DNA of 64,000 nt from a virus. The notes under the pieces are model-generated. The model made no database searches. It was given only the letters and a program-made list of their open reading frames with translations, and was not told the DNA's origin. Where the stretch lies: IMG/VR virus record IMGVR_UViG_3300029554_000001, one strand, 5' to 3'. This document shows, one piece after another, positions 54,253 through 62,246 of the stretch. Made by a program: the position numbers and the translations under genes. Position 1 is the first letter of the stretch. Each line of letters starts with the position of its first letter.

Positions 54253-55179
54253 ATGCCCTATAAAAAAAGAAAAGATAATTTGTGGTGTGTTTATAAGCAT
54301 ACAAGCCCTTCTGATGGAGTATATATAGGAATAACAAGTGATTATCCTTTAGCAAGATGGAGAAATGGTCGAGGATATGATTGTTGTGAAGTTATGAATA
54401 AAGCTATAAAAAAATATGGCTGGGAAAATTTTACTCATGAAATATTATTTGATAATTTAACAAAAGAAGAAGCTTGTTAGAAAGAAATAGAATTAATAGC
54501 CTTTTACAAAAATTAGGGACATTGTTATAATTTAGCTGAGCGGGGAACTAATGGATTAGCTTCAGAAGAAACTAAAAAGAAAATGTCTTCAAATAGACAG
54601 CGGAAAAACGCTCATGGTTGGCGGCATATTGTTTCTTCAGAAACTAAACAAACGGTAGCTAAAAAAATAAAAGGTATTAAAAGAAATTCAAAGACTAAAG
54701 AAAAATTAAGTAGCACGCATAGTAAAAAAGTTTATTAGTATAATTTAAACGGAGAATTAATTCAGGAATGGGACAGTGTATATCAAGCATCTAATATATT
54801 AGGATTAGCTCGAAGCCCAATTACACGTTGTAGATTATATTAGCAAAAAATTTATTAGAACTGTTTATGGCTGCTTGATTATATTGATGCTATATTAATA
54901 TAGAAATATTTAAACAATGAAATCATTATTCCTCCGATTAAAAATAAGTCTTTATTACAAAAGAAAGTAAGTTGTTTTTAGGATGAGAAAAAAATTAAAA
55001 CTTTTGATTCTATAAAAGAAGCTTCAAAATGGTCAAAAATTACTGAACAGCAAATTCGGTATGCTTGTAAAAACAATAAAATTGCAGGAGAATATTATTG
55101 GAAATATGAAGAAGATTATTTTGGTGACAATTATTTTCTTTATTGGGCCAATAATCAGGATAAAATAAAATAGGAGTAA
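54253..55179 (+). CDS. free-standing GIY-YIG homing endonuclease (8 in-frame TAG)
   Basis: RBS AAGGAAG then ATG. WCVYKHTSPSDGVYIGITSD...RW...G...KAIKKYGWENF..EIL is a GIY-YIG module. The frame continues through 8 TAG (hand count) to TAA 55177-55179. The C-terminal part has NUMOD/IENR-like DNA-binding repeats (YNLNGELIQEWDSVYQASNILGL..., KTFDSIKEASKWSKITEQQIRYACKN). Confidence 0.75.
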
Positions 55180-55180
55180 T

Positions 55181-56440
55181 ATGGAATATTGTAAATATCT
55201 TATTTTAGTAGACCCTAATAATAATGGGGTTGATTCAAATAAATTCTACAAAATGGCTGGAAATGGTGATGATACGTTTACTGTAGAATTTGGTCGTGTT
55301 GGTGCCACTCCTCAGACTAAAACTTATCCTATGTCTAAATGGAATTCTACTCTTGCCTCTAAGTTGAAGAAGGGATATGTTGACCGTTCTGATTTGATGC
55401 AGGAAGTTATTGCTGATTCCAAAATTGAGGATAAGTCTAATGGAGTAGATGAATTTAGTTTGGTTCAAAACCTATCTGTCCGAGAGATTGTTAAACGTCT
55501 TTGGGATTATGCTAATAAGACTATTCAATCTGCTTATTCTGTTCGTGCTGAAGCTGTTACTCAGGCTATGATTGATGCTGCTCAGGAAAAGATTGACTAT
55601 ATTGCAGCGAATTACAAAAACTGGTCTGTTGAGGAATTTAACAAGAATTTAAATGAGTTGTTCATTATTGTCCCTCGTAAGATGAAGCGTGTTTCTGACT
55701 GTCTTGTTTCTGATTCTTCTGAATACGACAAAAAGCTTTCTGAGGAACAAAGCTTGCTTGATACTATGGCTGGTCAGGTTTATAAGCCAAAGGCGAGAAT
55801 TGTTGATGCTGGTTCTGAAATTAAGGCTTCTGAAAGTATTTTACAGAAGATGGGTATTACCATGGAAGAAGCTACTCAGGAAGATATTGCTAAAATTAAA
55901 AAGGCAATGGGGGATTCTGCTGGAAAGTTTTACAAGGCTTGGCGTGTTACTAATCTTGAGACTGAAGAAAGATATCAGAAATTTACTTCAGAAAATAATA
56001 TTGGTAATGTAAAATTATTCTGCCATGGTAGCCGAAATCAGAATTGGTTTAACATTCTTAAGATGGGTTTAAAGATTCGCCCCGCAGGAGTTATTACAAC
56101 AGGTTTGATGTTTGGAAAGGGCGCCTATTTCTCGAATAGTGAGAAGTATCATGGAGGGGTAGCCAAATCTATTGGTTATACTTCTTTAGGTGGATATTGG
56201 ACTCGTGATTATCAGAATTGCGGCTTTATTGCTTTCTTTGATGTGGCTATTGGAGATAGTGTTGATGCCTATTCTTTTGATTCTAAGTATTATTCTTATA
56301 ATCTTGAGAGGCTAAAAAAGGACAATCCTAAAGCTTGGAGTTTGTGGGCTCATGGCAATACTTCTATGCTTCGCAACGATGAAATTATCGTTTACGATGA
56401 TAGACAAATGACTATTCGATATTTAGTGGAGATTAGATAA
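55181..56440 (+). CDS. WGR-domain poly(ADP-ribose)-polymerase-like ADP-ribosyltransferase
   Basis: N-terminal WGR-like segment (LILVDPNNNGVDSNKFYKM...FTVEFGRVGATPQTK). C-terminal PARP catalytic H-Y-E type motifs (LFCHGSRNQNWFNILKMGL, MFGKGAYFSN). No TAG. Confidence 0.75.
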   Translation: MEYCKYLILVDPNNNGVDSNKFYKMAGNGDDTFTVEFGRVGATPQTKTYPMSKWNSTLASKLKKGYVDRSDLMQEVIADSKIEDKSNGVDEFSLVQNLSVREIVKRLWDYANKTIQSAYSVRAEAVTQAMIDAAQEKIDYIAANYKNWSVEEFNKNLNELFIIVPRKMKRVSDCLVSDSSEYDKKLSEEQSLLDTMAGQVYKPKARIVDAGSEIKASESILQKMGITMEEATQEDIAKIKKAMGDSAGKFYKAWRVTNLETEERYQKFTSENNIGNVKLFCHGSRNQNWFNILKMGLKIRPAGVITTGLMFGKGAYFSNSEKYHGGVAKSIGYTSLGGYWTRDYQNCGFIAFFDVAIGDSVDAYSFDSKYYSYNLERLKKDNPKAWSLWAHGNTSMLRNDEIIVYDDRQMTIRYLVEIR

Positions 56441-57193
56441 ATGAAAGAGCCTGTAAAAATTGGAGACGTTTTCGGTCGTTTGAAGGTTTTGTACAAGTGT
56501 GATTACTAGTATCATGGACCTAATCGGAAACGAGCTAATTTGTGGCATGTGCAATGTTAGTGCGAAAATAAAACAGAATTTGATGTTTTAACAAATAGTT
56601 TGACTTCTGGTAACACAAGGTCTTGTGGTTGTTTACAAAAAGAGGCTACTATTGAGAGTGGAAAGAAAAGAAGAAAATTAAACAAATATGATTTAAGTGG
56701 AGAATATGGGATAGGATATACTTCTAAAAATGAACCTTTTTATTTTGATTTAGAAGATTATGATAAAATAAAAGAATATGTTTGGGTATATAATAAAGAA
56801 AAATATCCTGTTACAACTGTTTATAAAAATAATCAGCCTCATTATTTACATTTAAAAAGATTTGTTTTAGATATTACTGACTCTAAAATAGATGTAGACC
56901 ATAAAAACCATGTTCCTTATGATTGCAGAAAAGAAAACTTAAGACCTTTAGAACATTATCAAAATATTGGTCATTGTAAAATTTATACTAATAATACTTC
57001 TGGTGTTAAAGGCGTAAGTTACGATAAAATGCGAAATAAATGGAAAGCTTCTTTAGTTGTAAATAAAGAAACTAAATTAAACAAACGTTTTGATACTTTT
57101 GAAGAAGCTGTAAAAGCACGTCAAGACGCAGAAGAAAAATATCAACAAGGATTTAGATACAATTCTGATGAAGATTTGTATAATAGAGGATAA
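56441..57193 (+). CDS. HNH-type homing endonuclease with AP2 DNA-binding domain
   Basis: ATG abuts the PARP TAA. 2 TAG (codons 22 and 38) join it to ORF-track 56600..57193. HNH region VDHKNHVPYDCRKENLRPLEHYQN. AP2-like SGVKGVSYDKMRNKWKASLVVNKETKLNKRFDTFEEAVKARQDAEEKY. Confidence 0.75.
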
Positions 57194-57198
57194 ATAAA

Positions 57199-57687
57199 AT
57201 GATTGGTGAAATGCAGACTGTTTCTAGCGTAACTTTTGGTATTCCTTCTGATTTTCCTTCTCTTGTAGACTCTGTTGTGGGTTCTCTTAAAAAGGGATAT
57301 AGAGATTATTGTTTTACAAATAAGCAACTAAAAGAAATTATTGAAAAATGCCACGAGGCAAATGTAAGTTTTGCTTATCGTAAGCAGTTAGATGAAGATT
57401 ACAAGATTGAATATATTGAACTTATTCCTTGTACTTTTTATTTCGCAGAAACAGTCGAGGAAAATAAAGTCGAAAACATTCAGGTAGCAATGGAAAATCT
57501 TCCTGTGGCATTAATTTTCTGTCCTAAAAATAATAAGACTGATATTACTATTGATGCTGATTATCAGGAAAAGAATGAAAAAAGGGCAAAGAGTTATAAG
57601 AAGCTTGCATATTTCGATGATGATGGTTGTCCAGTATATATTGAAGACCTTACGAGAATGAGAAAGGAAAAAGAAAATGGAGTATAA
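57199..57687 (+). CDS. hypothetical protein
   Basis: 162-aa ORF, no TAG. Overlaps the next start. Confidence 0.5.
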   Translation: MIGEMQTVSSVTFGIPSDFPSLVDSVVGSLKKGYRDYCFTNKQLKEIIEKCHEANVSFAYRKQLDEDYKIEYIELIPCTFYFAETVEENKVENIQVAMENLPVALIFCPKNNKTDITIDADYQEKNEKRAKSYKKLAYFDDDGCPVYIEDLTRMRKEKENGV

Positions 57688-58510
57688 AACATTAGGCGAT
57701 AGAATGAAAGGAGCTTACGAGAATAAATATCGCAATTATCTTCCTGAGAATCTTCCTGTTATTGTTAGGCTTGATGGGCAGCACTTTCATTCCTTCTGTC
57801 GTGGTATGAAGAAACCTTTTGACCCAATTTTTGTTAAAACTATGCAACAAACTATGCTTAAGCTCTGTGAAATTATTCCTAATGTTAAGTTTGGTTATGT
57901 TGAATCTGATGAAATTTCTCTTGTCATGATTCAAAGTGAAAGAAATTCTCAGCCTTGGTTTGATAATAATATTCAAAAGATTGTTAGTACATCTGCTGCG
58001 CTTTGCACTCTTTGGTTTAATAATTATTTTGCTGAGAATACTATTATTGATACAACTTTGGATATCTTTAATATGGACCAAGATTCTTATGATTGGCGAA
58101 TGGTTCGTAAGGGAAAAGAAATGCCTACTTTTGATAGTAGAGTATTTGTTGTCCCTGCCTTTGAAGTGCATAATTATTTTGTTTGGAGACAGCAGGATTG
58201 TACTCGAAATTCTATTCAGGCAGTTGCTCAATCTTTGTATCCTCAAAAAGAACTTCATGGTATTAACACTACTAAATTGCAGGATAAGATGTTTACTGAA
58301 AAGGGTGTAAATTGGAACGATTATACGACAGTAGAGAAACGTGGTACTTGTGCTTATCGTGTTCCTACTACTGTTATTGGCAAAGATGGTCAGGAGGCTA
58401 TTCGTTATAAATGGGTTCTTGATTATGAAATGCCGATTTTAACAAGTGAAGAGGGTAAAAACTTTATTAGTCAAAAGGTATTTACCAATGAGTTTATTCA
58501 AAAATCCTGA
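57677..58510 (+). CDS. Thg1-like protein (tRNA-His guanylyltransferase family, 3'-5' nucleotidyl transferase)
   Basis: The N-terminus LGDRMKGYE...LPVIVRLDGQHFHSFCRGMKKPFD is the hallmark Thg1/TLP opening. Size ~277 aa. TGA stop. Confidence 0.75.
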   Translation: MEYKTLGDRMKGAYENKYRNYLPENLPVIVRLDGQHFHSFCRGMKKPFDPIFVKTMQQTMLKLCEIIPNVKFGYVESDEISLVMIQSERNSQPWFDNNIQKIVSTSAALCTLWFNNYFAENTIIDTTLDIFNMDQDSYDWRMVRKGKEMPTFDSRVFVVPAFEVHNYFVWRQQDCTRNSIQAVAQSLYPQKELHGINTTKLQDKMFTEKGVNWNDYTTVEKRGTCAYRVPTTVIGKDGQEAIRYKWVLDYEMPILTSEEGKNFISQKVFTNEFIQKS

Positions 58511-58904
58511 ACGTGCTAAATAGCTTGTAGATTTTAGCGGACTAAATGTTGAGGGAACTAGTATATATCCTTCTGATTTAGATTTTATCTTAGAACTTTG
58601 GGATGTCGGATATATGTTCGGAGAGTTTAAATATAAAGGAAAAGAAGTCGAAAGAGGGCAAGATTTATATTTAACTCGTATTGTAAGAGCTACAGAAAAA
58701 GCAGATAAATTTACTATTAGCTTTGTTGCAGACCATTATATATCTGACACTCACGAAATGATTCCTGCCGATAAATGTATTGTAAGAAAATATATGTTTA
58801 CTGGTATATATACATGGCTGTATCCAAAAGAGAAAACTACAGTCAAAGAGTTGCAGGATTGGTTTGTCCAAAAATGTAGATTTAAAAAACAATATAAAAA
58901 CTAA
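58488..58904 (+). CDS. hypothetical protein (one in-frame TAG)
   Basis: ATG 58488 overlaps the Thg1-like 3' end. TAG at codon 12 joins it to ORF-track 58614..58904. Confidence 0.5.
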
Positions 58905-58914
58905 TATTAATCTA

Positions 58915-58943
58915 TTGACAAAAAATTAAAATTGTGCTATATT
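58915..58943 (+). promoter_or_regulatory. sigma70/sigmaA-type promoter
   Basis: TTGACA (58915-58920), 17 nt, TATATT (58938-58943). Confidence 0.6.
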
Positions 58944-58973
58944 ATTTTTATAAAAAGAAAGGAGATAAATCCA

Positions 58974-59501
58974 ATGCAGTTTCAAGTTATGAGTCGTAGA
59001 GATTGTGTTAAGTATAGTTATGGTTCTCATGAAGAATCTTCTATTGTAATTAGCATTAACGATTCTGCCGATATTGGAGTGCGTCAACTTCCTAACAAGT
59101 TTAATAATATTAAAGCGCAATTATCTCTCTTTTTTGATGATATTCAGCCATATAGAGGTATGAAATACTGGAAGAAAGATGAAGGCGTAATTATAGAAAA
59201 TTATACAAACGCAGATGGGTTTGTATATGAGTCTCGCATGTATCAGCTTATGACTGAAAAAGATGCTAAGAAAATTATTGGTTTTGTCAATAAATGGTAT
59301 AATAAAGTAGATAAGATTATTGTTCATTGTAATGCTGGTATTAGTCGTTCTTCTGGAGTTTGTGCTGGTATTATGAAATGTTTTACTGGGGATGATAGCC
59401 AGATTTATGATAATCCGTATTATCATCCAAATACTTTGTGTTATAATCTTATTTTAAATGAATATTACAAGGAAGGAGGAAAAAGCAATGGAGAGGATTA
59501 A
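58974..59501 (+). CDS. Cys-based (CX5R) protein/dual-specificity phosphatase-like protein
   Basis: RBS AAAGGAG then ATG 58974. Active-site signature VHCNAGISRSSG. Confidence 0.65.
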   Translation: MQFQVMSRRDCVKYSYGSHEESSIVISINDSADIGVRQLPNKFNNIKAQLSLFFDDIQPYRGMKYWKKDEGVIIENYTNADGFVYESRMYQLMTEKDAKKIIGFVNKWYNKVDKIIVHCNAGISRSSGVCAGIMKCFTGDDSQIYDNPYYHPNTLCYNLILNEYYKEGGKSNGED

Positions 59502-59811
59502 TGCAAAAGTGGGGACGCTTGATACGGGTCGAGGAGTATGCGGTATTTGTTCAGGATGCGAAAACGAATTGATTTGCAAATACACAGACGATGTGTTCGA
59601 AGCAGAGAAGGCTTTTAATGAGCTCAAGAAAAGTATTAAAGATTATCCTGAGTGTCTTTCTGTAAAGCTTACTTGTAAATATAAGAAGTATGTTACTACC
59701 AAGGCTGACATGTGGGGGTCAGATTGGGCTGGTTCTACTTATACTCGTACAAGTGCGAATTCTAATTTAGATATTACTCCTACATTGAAAAAGTCAGAAT
59801 TTTTTTATTAA
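59488..59811 (+). CDS. hypothetical Cys-containing protein
   Basis: RBS GGAAGGAGG then ATG 59488. 107 aa. Confidence 0.5.
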   Translation: MERINAKVGTLDTGRGVCGICSGCENELICKYTDDVFEAEKAFNELKKSIKDYPECLSVKLTCKYKKYVTTKADMWGSDWAGSTYTRTSANSNLDITPTLKKSEFFY

Positions 59812-59815
59812 ACCA

Positions 59816-59844
59816 TTGACAAATTAATGTTTGTGTGGTAATAT
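59816..59844 (+). promoter_or_regulatory. sigma70/sigmaA-type promoter driving a region without a convincing CDS
   Basis: TTGACA (59816-59821), 17 nt, TAATAT (59839-59844). Confidence 0.55.
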
Positions 59845-60063
59845 AAATATACAGTTGGTTAATCGGCAGTTACGAGAAGACAAGATAACTCGTAAAGAAA
59901 TGTGGTGCAACAGCTTTCTTGTCAAAGTGCCTAATATGTTGCCAAAAGACACCTTGCATCCAACTATAAAATCAAAAGGTAGCGAGTGTATCATTTTAAC
60001 GGTTTTGGGTACACATCTAAATAAAACTTTGAGAAAAAATAAAAAGAAAGTTTTATTAAAGCC

Positions 60064-60092
60064 TTGACAATTTGATGATTGTATGTTATGAT
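60064..60092 (+). promoter_or_regulatory. sigma70/sigmaA-type promoter upstream of tRNA-Leu
   Basis: TTGACA (60064-60069), 17 nt, TATGAT (60087-60092). tRNA-Leu starts 40 nt downstream. Confidence 0.6.
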
Positions 60093-60131
60093 TATCATGT
60101 TGAAAGGGAAAAGACAAACAATAAAAAATAT

Positions 60132-60217
60132 GCGGGTATGGTGGAATTGGTAGACACACTTGATTTAAGTTCAAATGTCTTGCAGACGTGAGGGTTCGAG
60201 TCCCTCTACCCGTACCA
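60132..60217 (+). tRNA. tRNA-Leu (anticodon UAA), type II with long variable arm, CCA encoded
   Basis: Hand-folded cloverleaf. Acceptor GCGGGTA/TACCCGT. D arm GTGGAATTGGTAGACAC. Anticodon loop TT-TAA-GT. Variable stem GTCT/AGAC. T arm GAGGG-TTCGAGT-CCCTC. A-CCA end. Confidence 0.85.
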
Positions 60218-60307
60218 TTCGCTTTTGCGGAACAAACTTGAGGCGAGGGAAGTTAGAAAACAGTAGTACCTGTACTATGAATTGATTTATAACTCGCCCA
60301 CATATTA

Positions 60308-60383
60308 CGGGGATTAGCGCAGTTGATAGCGCGCGTGGTTTGGGACCATGAGGCCGTGGGTTTGAGTCCCACATCTCCGACCA
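60308..60383 (+). tRNA. tRNA-Pro (anticodon UGG), CCA encoded
   Basis: Acceptor CGGGGAT/ATCTCCG. D arm GCGC-AGTTGATA-GCGC. Anticodon arm CGTGG-TT-TGG-GA-CCATG. T arm GTGGG-TTTGAGT-CCCAC. A-CCA end. Confidence 0.85.
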
Positions 60384-60421
60384 TATTTTTTAAATTTGTT
60401 ACAAAAAGTGAGGAATTAATT

Positions 60422-60733
60422 ATGCAGAAGAGTTGGAATAAGTTTGTTGCTGGTCTTCTTGTTGTTGTGATTTTTGTTGCAGTTTTGGCATTGTCTGGTT
60501 GTAACAATAGCAAGAATAGTATCGGGGCTGATGTAGATAGCGTTCCTGTTGGTTTTACTGATACTGGTTATATGGTAAAGAATGAACAAAATCGTGTTTA
60601 TCATATTGTTTCTGATATGAATGGCTGGCTTTATTATTGTTCTGATGTTGAAGGCAATCTTACTCCTATTCTAAATGCCTTTGGTACTCCTACTAAGGAT
60701 ACTACTCCTTTTGAGGAAATTAATAATGGTTGA
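60422..60733 (+). CDS. predicted lipoprotein
   Basis: RBS AGTGAGGA then ATG 60422. Signal peptide with lipobox: MQKSWNKFVAGLLVVVIFVAVLALSGC. Confidence 0.65.
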   Translation: MQKSWNKFVAGLLVVVIFVAVLALSGCNNSKNSIGADVDSVPVGFTDTGYMVKNEQNRVYHIVSDMNGWLYYCSDVEGNLTPILNAFGTPTKDTTPFEEINNG

Positions 60734-61088
60734 AAATTATTCTCCCGATGAAAAGTTCCTTACTCAAGAATTTACTCTAAAGAGAGATGAGTTGGGAAGC
60801 TGGCTTACAGATGCAATGTGGGAAGGTCTTAAAGATTGTTTTAGGACTCCCATTTGCGAAGAAATGACTTGTGAGAAAGATATTGGCTATGAAAGAGTCG
60901 TTGGGTTTGTAAGAACTCTTTATGTTGACCCTGAAAATAATTTTGTAACATTTGAGGGGCTTTTTTGGCCTACGTATTCTTCTAAAACTAAAGAAGAGTG
61001 GAATAATATTAATCTTTCTGGTGTTTCTTTTTATGTTGTAGGAGAAAAGAATCCTACAAAGATTCCTGTGTCTTGTTTTACAGTGTGA
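60726..61088 (+). CDS. hypothetical protein
   Basis: ATG 60726 overlaps the upstream TGA. 120 aa. TGA stop. Confidence 0.5.
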   Translation: MVENYSPDEKFLTQEFTLKRDELGSWLTDAMWEGLKDCFRTPICEEMTCEKDIGYERVVGFVRTLYVDPENNFVTFEGLFWPTYSSKTKEEWNNINLSGVSFYVVGEKNPTKIPVSCFTV

Positions 61089-61096
61089 GGTAAATT

Positions 61097-61531
61097 ATGT
61101 CTAAGAAGAGTTTTAAATATCGTAATTAGGTTGTTTGTCCGAAATGTCATCAAAAGTATTCAGCTAATTCTAATTATGAATGTCCTTATTGTCATACAAA
61201 ATTCTACGACTTGAGTTTTGTTGATACAAAAACAGAAAATGGTTCGCCTGTTTATGTAAGATATAAATGTAATGGGTATACTGGCTTTGCAGAAAATCCT
61301 AAAGAAGAGTATGATGTATTTATTACAGTAGCAACATTAGGGATTAATGTCGAAAACAATTTTAGTCATAATTATGATTATGTTTATAATTTTCGAAATG
61401 AATTTTATGCAAGACATTTACAAACCTCTTCTTTTAATGTAAAGGCAGAAATGGAAGCATTAGCTACTTCAGGAGAAAACGGTGAGCCTATTCTCTTTGT
61501 AGTTGAAGCTGTCCCTAAGAAGAAAAAATAA
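61097..61531 (+). CDS. zinc-ribbon protein (one in-frame TAG)
   Basis: ATG 61097. TAG at codon 11. CPKC...CPYC ribbon upstream of ORF-track 61211..61531. Confidence 0.55.
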
Positions 61532-61536
61532 GGTAT

Positions 61537-61612
61537 GCGTCTATAGTCTAACTGGATAAAACAAATCTCTCCTAAAGATTAGTTCTGAGTTCGAGTCTCG
61601 GTAGGCGTGCCA
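61537..61612 (+). tRNA. tRNA-Arg (anticodon CCU), CCA encoded
   Basis: Acceptor GCGTCTA/TAGGCGT (two G.U pairs). D arm GTCT-AACTGGATA-AAAC (one mismatch). Anticodon arm AATCT-CT-CCT-AA-AGATT. T arm CTGAG-TTCGAGT-CTCGG. G-CCA end. Confidence 0.75.
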
Positions 61613-61625
61613 GAAAGGAAAAGAT

Positions 61626-61865
61626 ATGCCCAAGTGGTTGATTATTGGAATTGTTTTAATTCTTAATCATATTCTGTGGATTTTCTTTGCTCATGTAATG
61701 AAGTGCATCGCAGAAAAAAATGAAAATTATTGGGATTTTAAGGCTGACCCATTTGAATCTTTGGGCGCATTTTTCTTTCCCTTATTTGTATTTATTTTTT
61801 CTGCTGCTAAGTTTGTCAGTAGAAAAGCCATTTATTCTGGCAAATTTGATGATAATGAAAAGTAA
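61626..61865 (+). CDS. small two-TM membrane protein
   Basis: RBS AAAGGAAAAG then ATG. Hydrophobic segments WLIIGIVLILNHILWIFFA and LGAFFFPLFVFIFSAA. Confidence 0.55.
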   Translation: MPKWLIIGIVLILNHILWIFFAHVMKCIAEKNENYWDFKADPFESLGAFFFPLFVFIFSAAKFVSRKAIYSGKFDDNEK

Positions 61866-61947
61866 AGGAAATAAAAAAATTCTTTTATTAAATACTTGAC
61901 AGATTTAAATATCTGTGTTACCCTATAAGAGAAGTGAGGAACATAAG

Positions 61948-62235
61948 TTGGAACTTTCTAAGAATCCTTCAATTAGATTCCTAACAGTTGTAAATGGTAA
62001 GGCTTGGTGTGATAATGATTCCGAAACTAAAAAGTTTAAGTTGACTAATACACCTCCTGAGCCTTTAAGAAAAGCTGTAGATGTTATTGCAGAAGATTTG
62101 GGAATTGATTTTCCTATGAGTTCTGCTAATTATGTTGCTAAAGTATACAAAGATTTTCTTGTAAAACATTTTGATTCATACCATCAGTATTATAAAAAGT
62201 TACAGGAAAATTTGCAAGAAACAGATAAAGAATAA
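61948..62235 (+). CDS. hypothetical protein (TTG start inferred)
   Basis: RBS AGTGAGGAA then TTG 61948, in the frame of ORF-track 61915..62235. A TTGACA box at 61895-61900 has only a poor -10 (TACCCT). Confidence 0.45.
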   Translation: MELSKNPSIRFLTVVNGKAWCDNDSETKKFKLTNTPPEPLRKAVDVIAEDLGIDFPMSSANYVAKVYKDFLVKHFDSYHQYYKKLQENLQETDKE

Positions 62236-62246
62236 AGGAGAAGGTT

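Noticed and set aside
59831-60067. ORF-track 78-aa frame between the 59816 and 60064 promoters, considered as a small basic protein gene.
   Set aside because: Its annotated start lies within the promoter -10 region, so it would not be transcribed. The only internal ATG (59901) lacks a Shine-Dalgarno in a genome where almost every gene has AGGAG-like sites. It is reported instead as a candidate ncRNA.
60218-60307. Spacer between tRNA-Leu and tRNA-Pro with a GGCGAG/CTCGCC stem (60242-60298) and an inner TAGTA/TACTA hairpin, considered as a degenerate or armless suppressor tRNA.
   Set aside because: Only ~57 nt lie between the stem arms. There is no D arm or T arm, the apical loop is 4 nt rather than 7, and there is no CUA. 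It is more likely a precursor-processing spacer.
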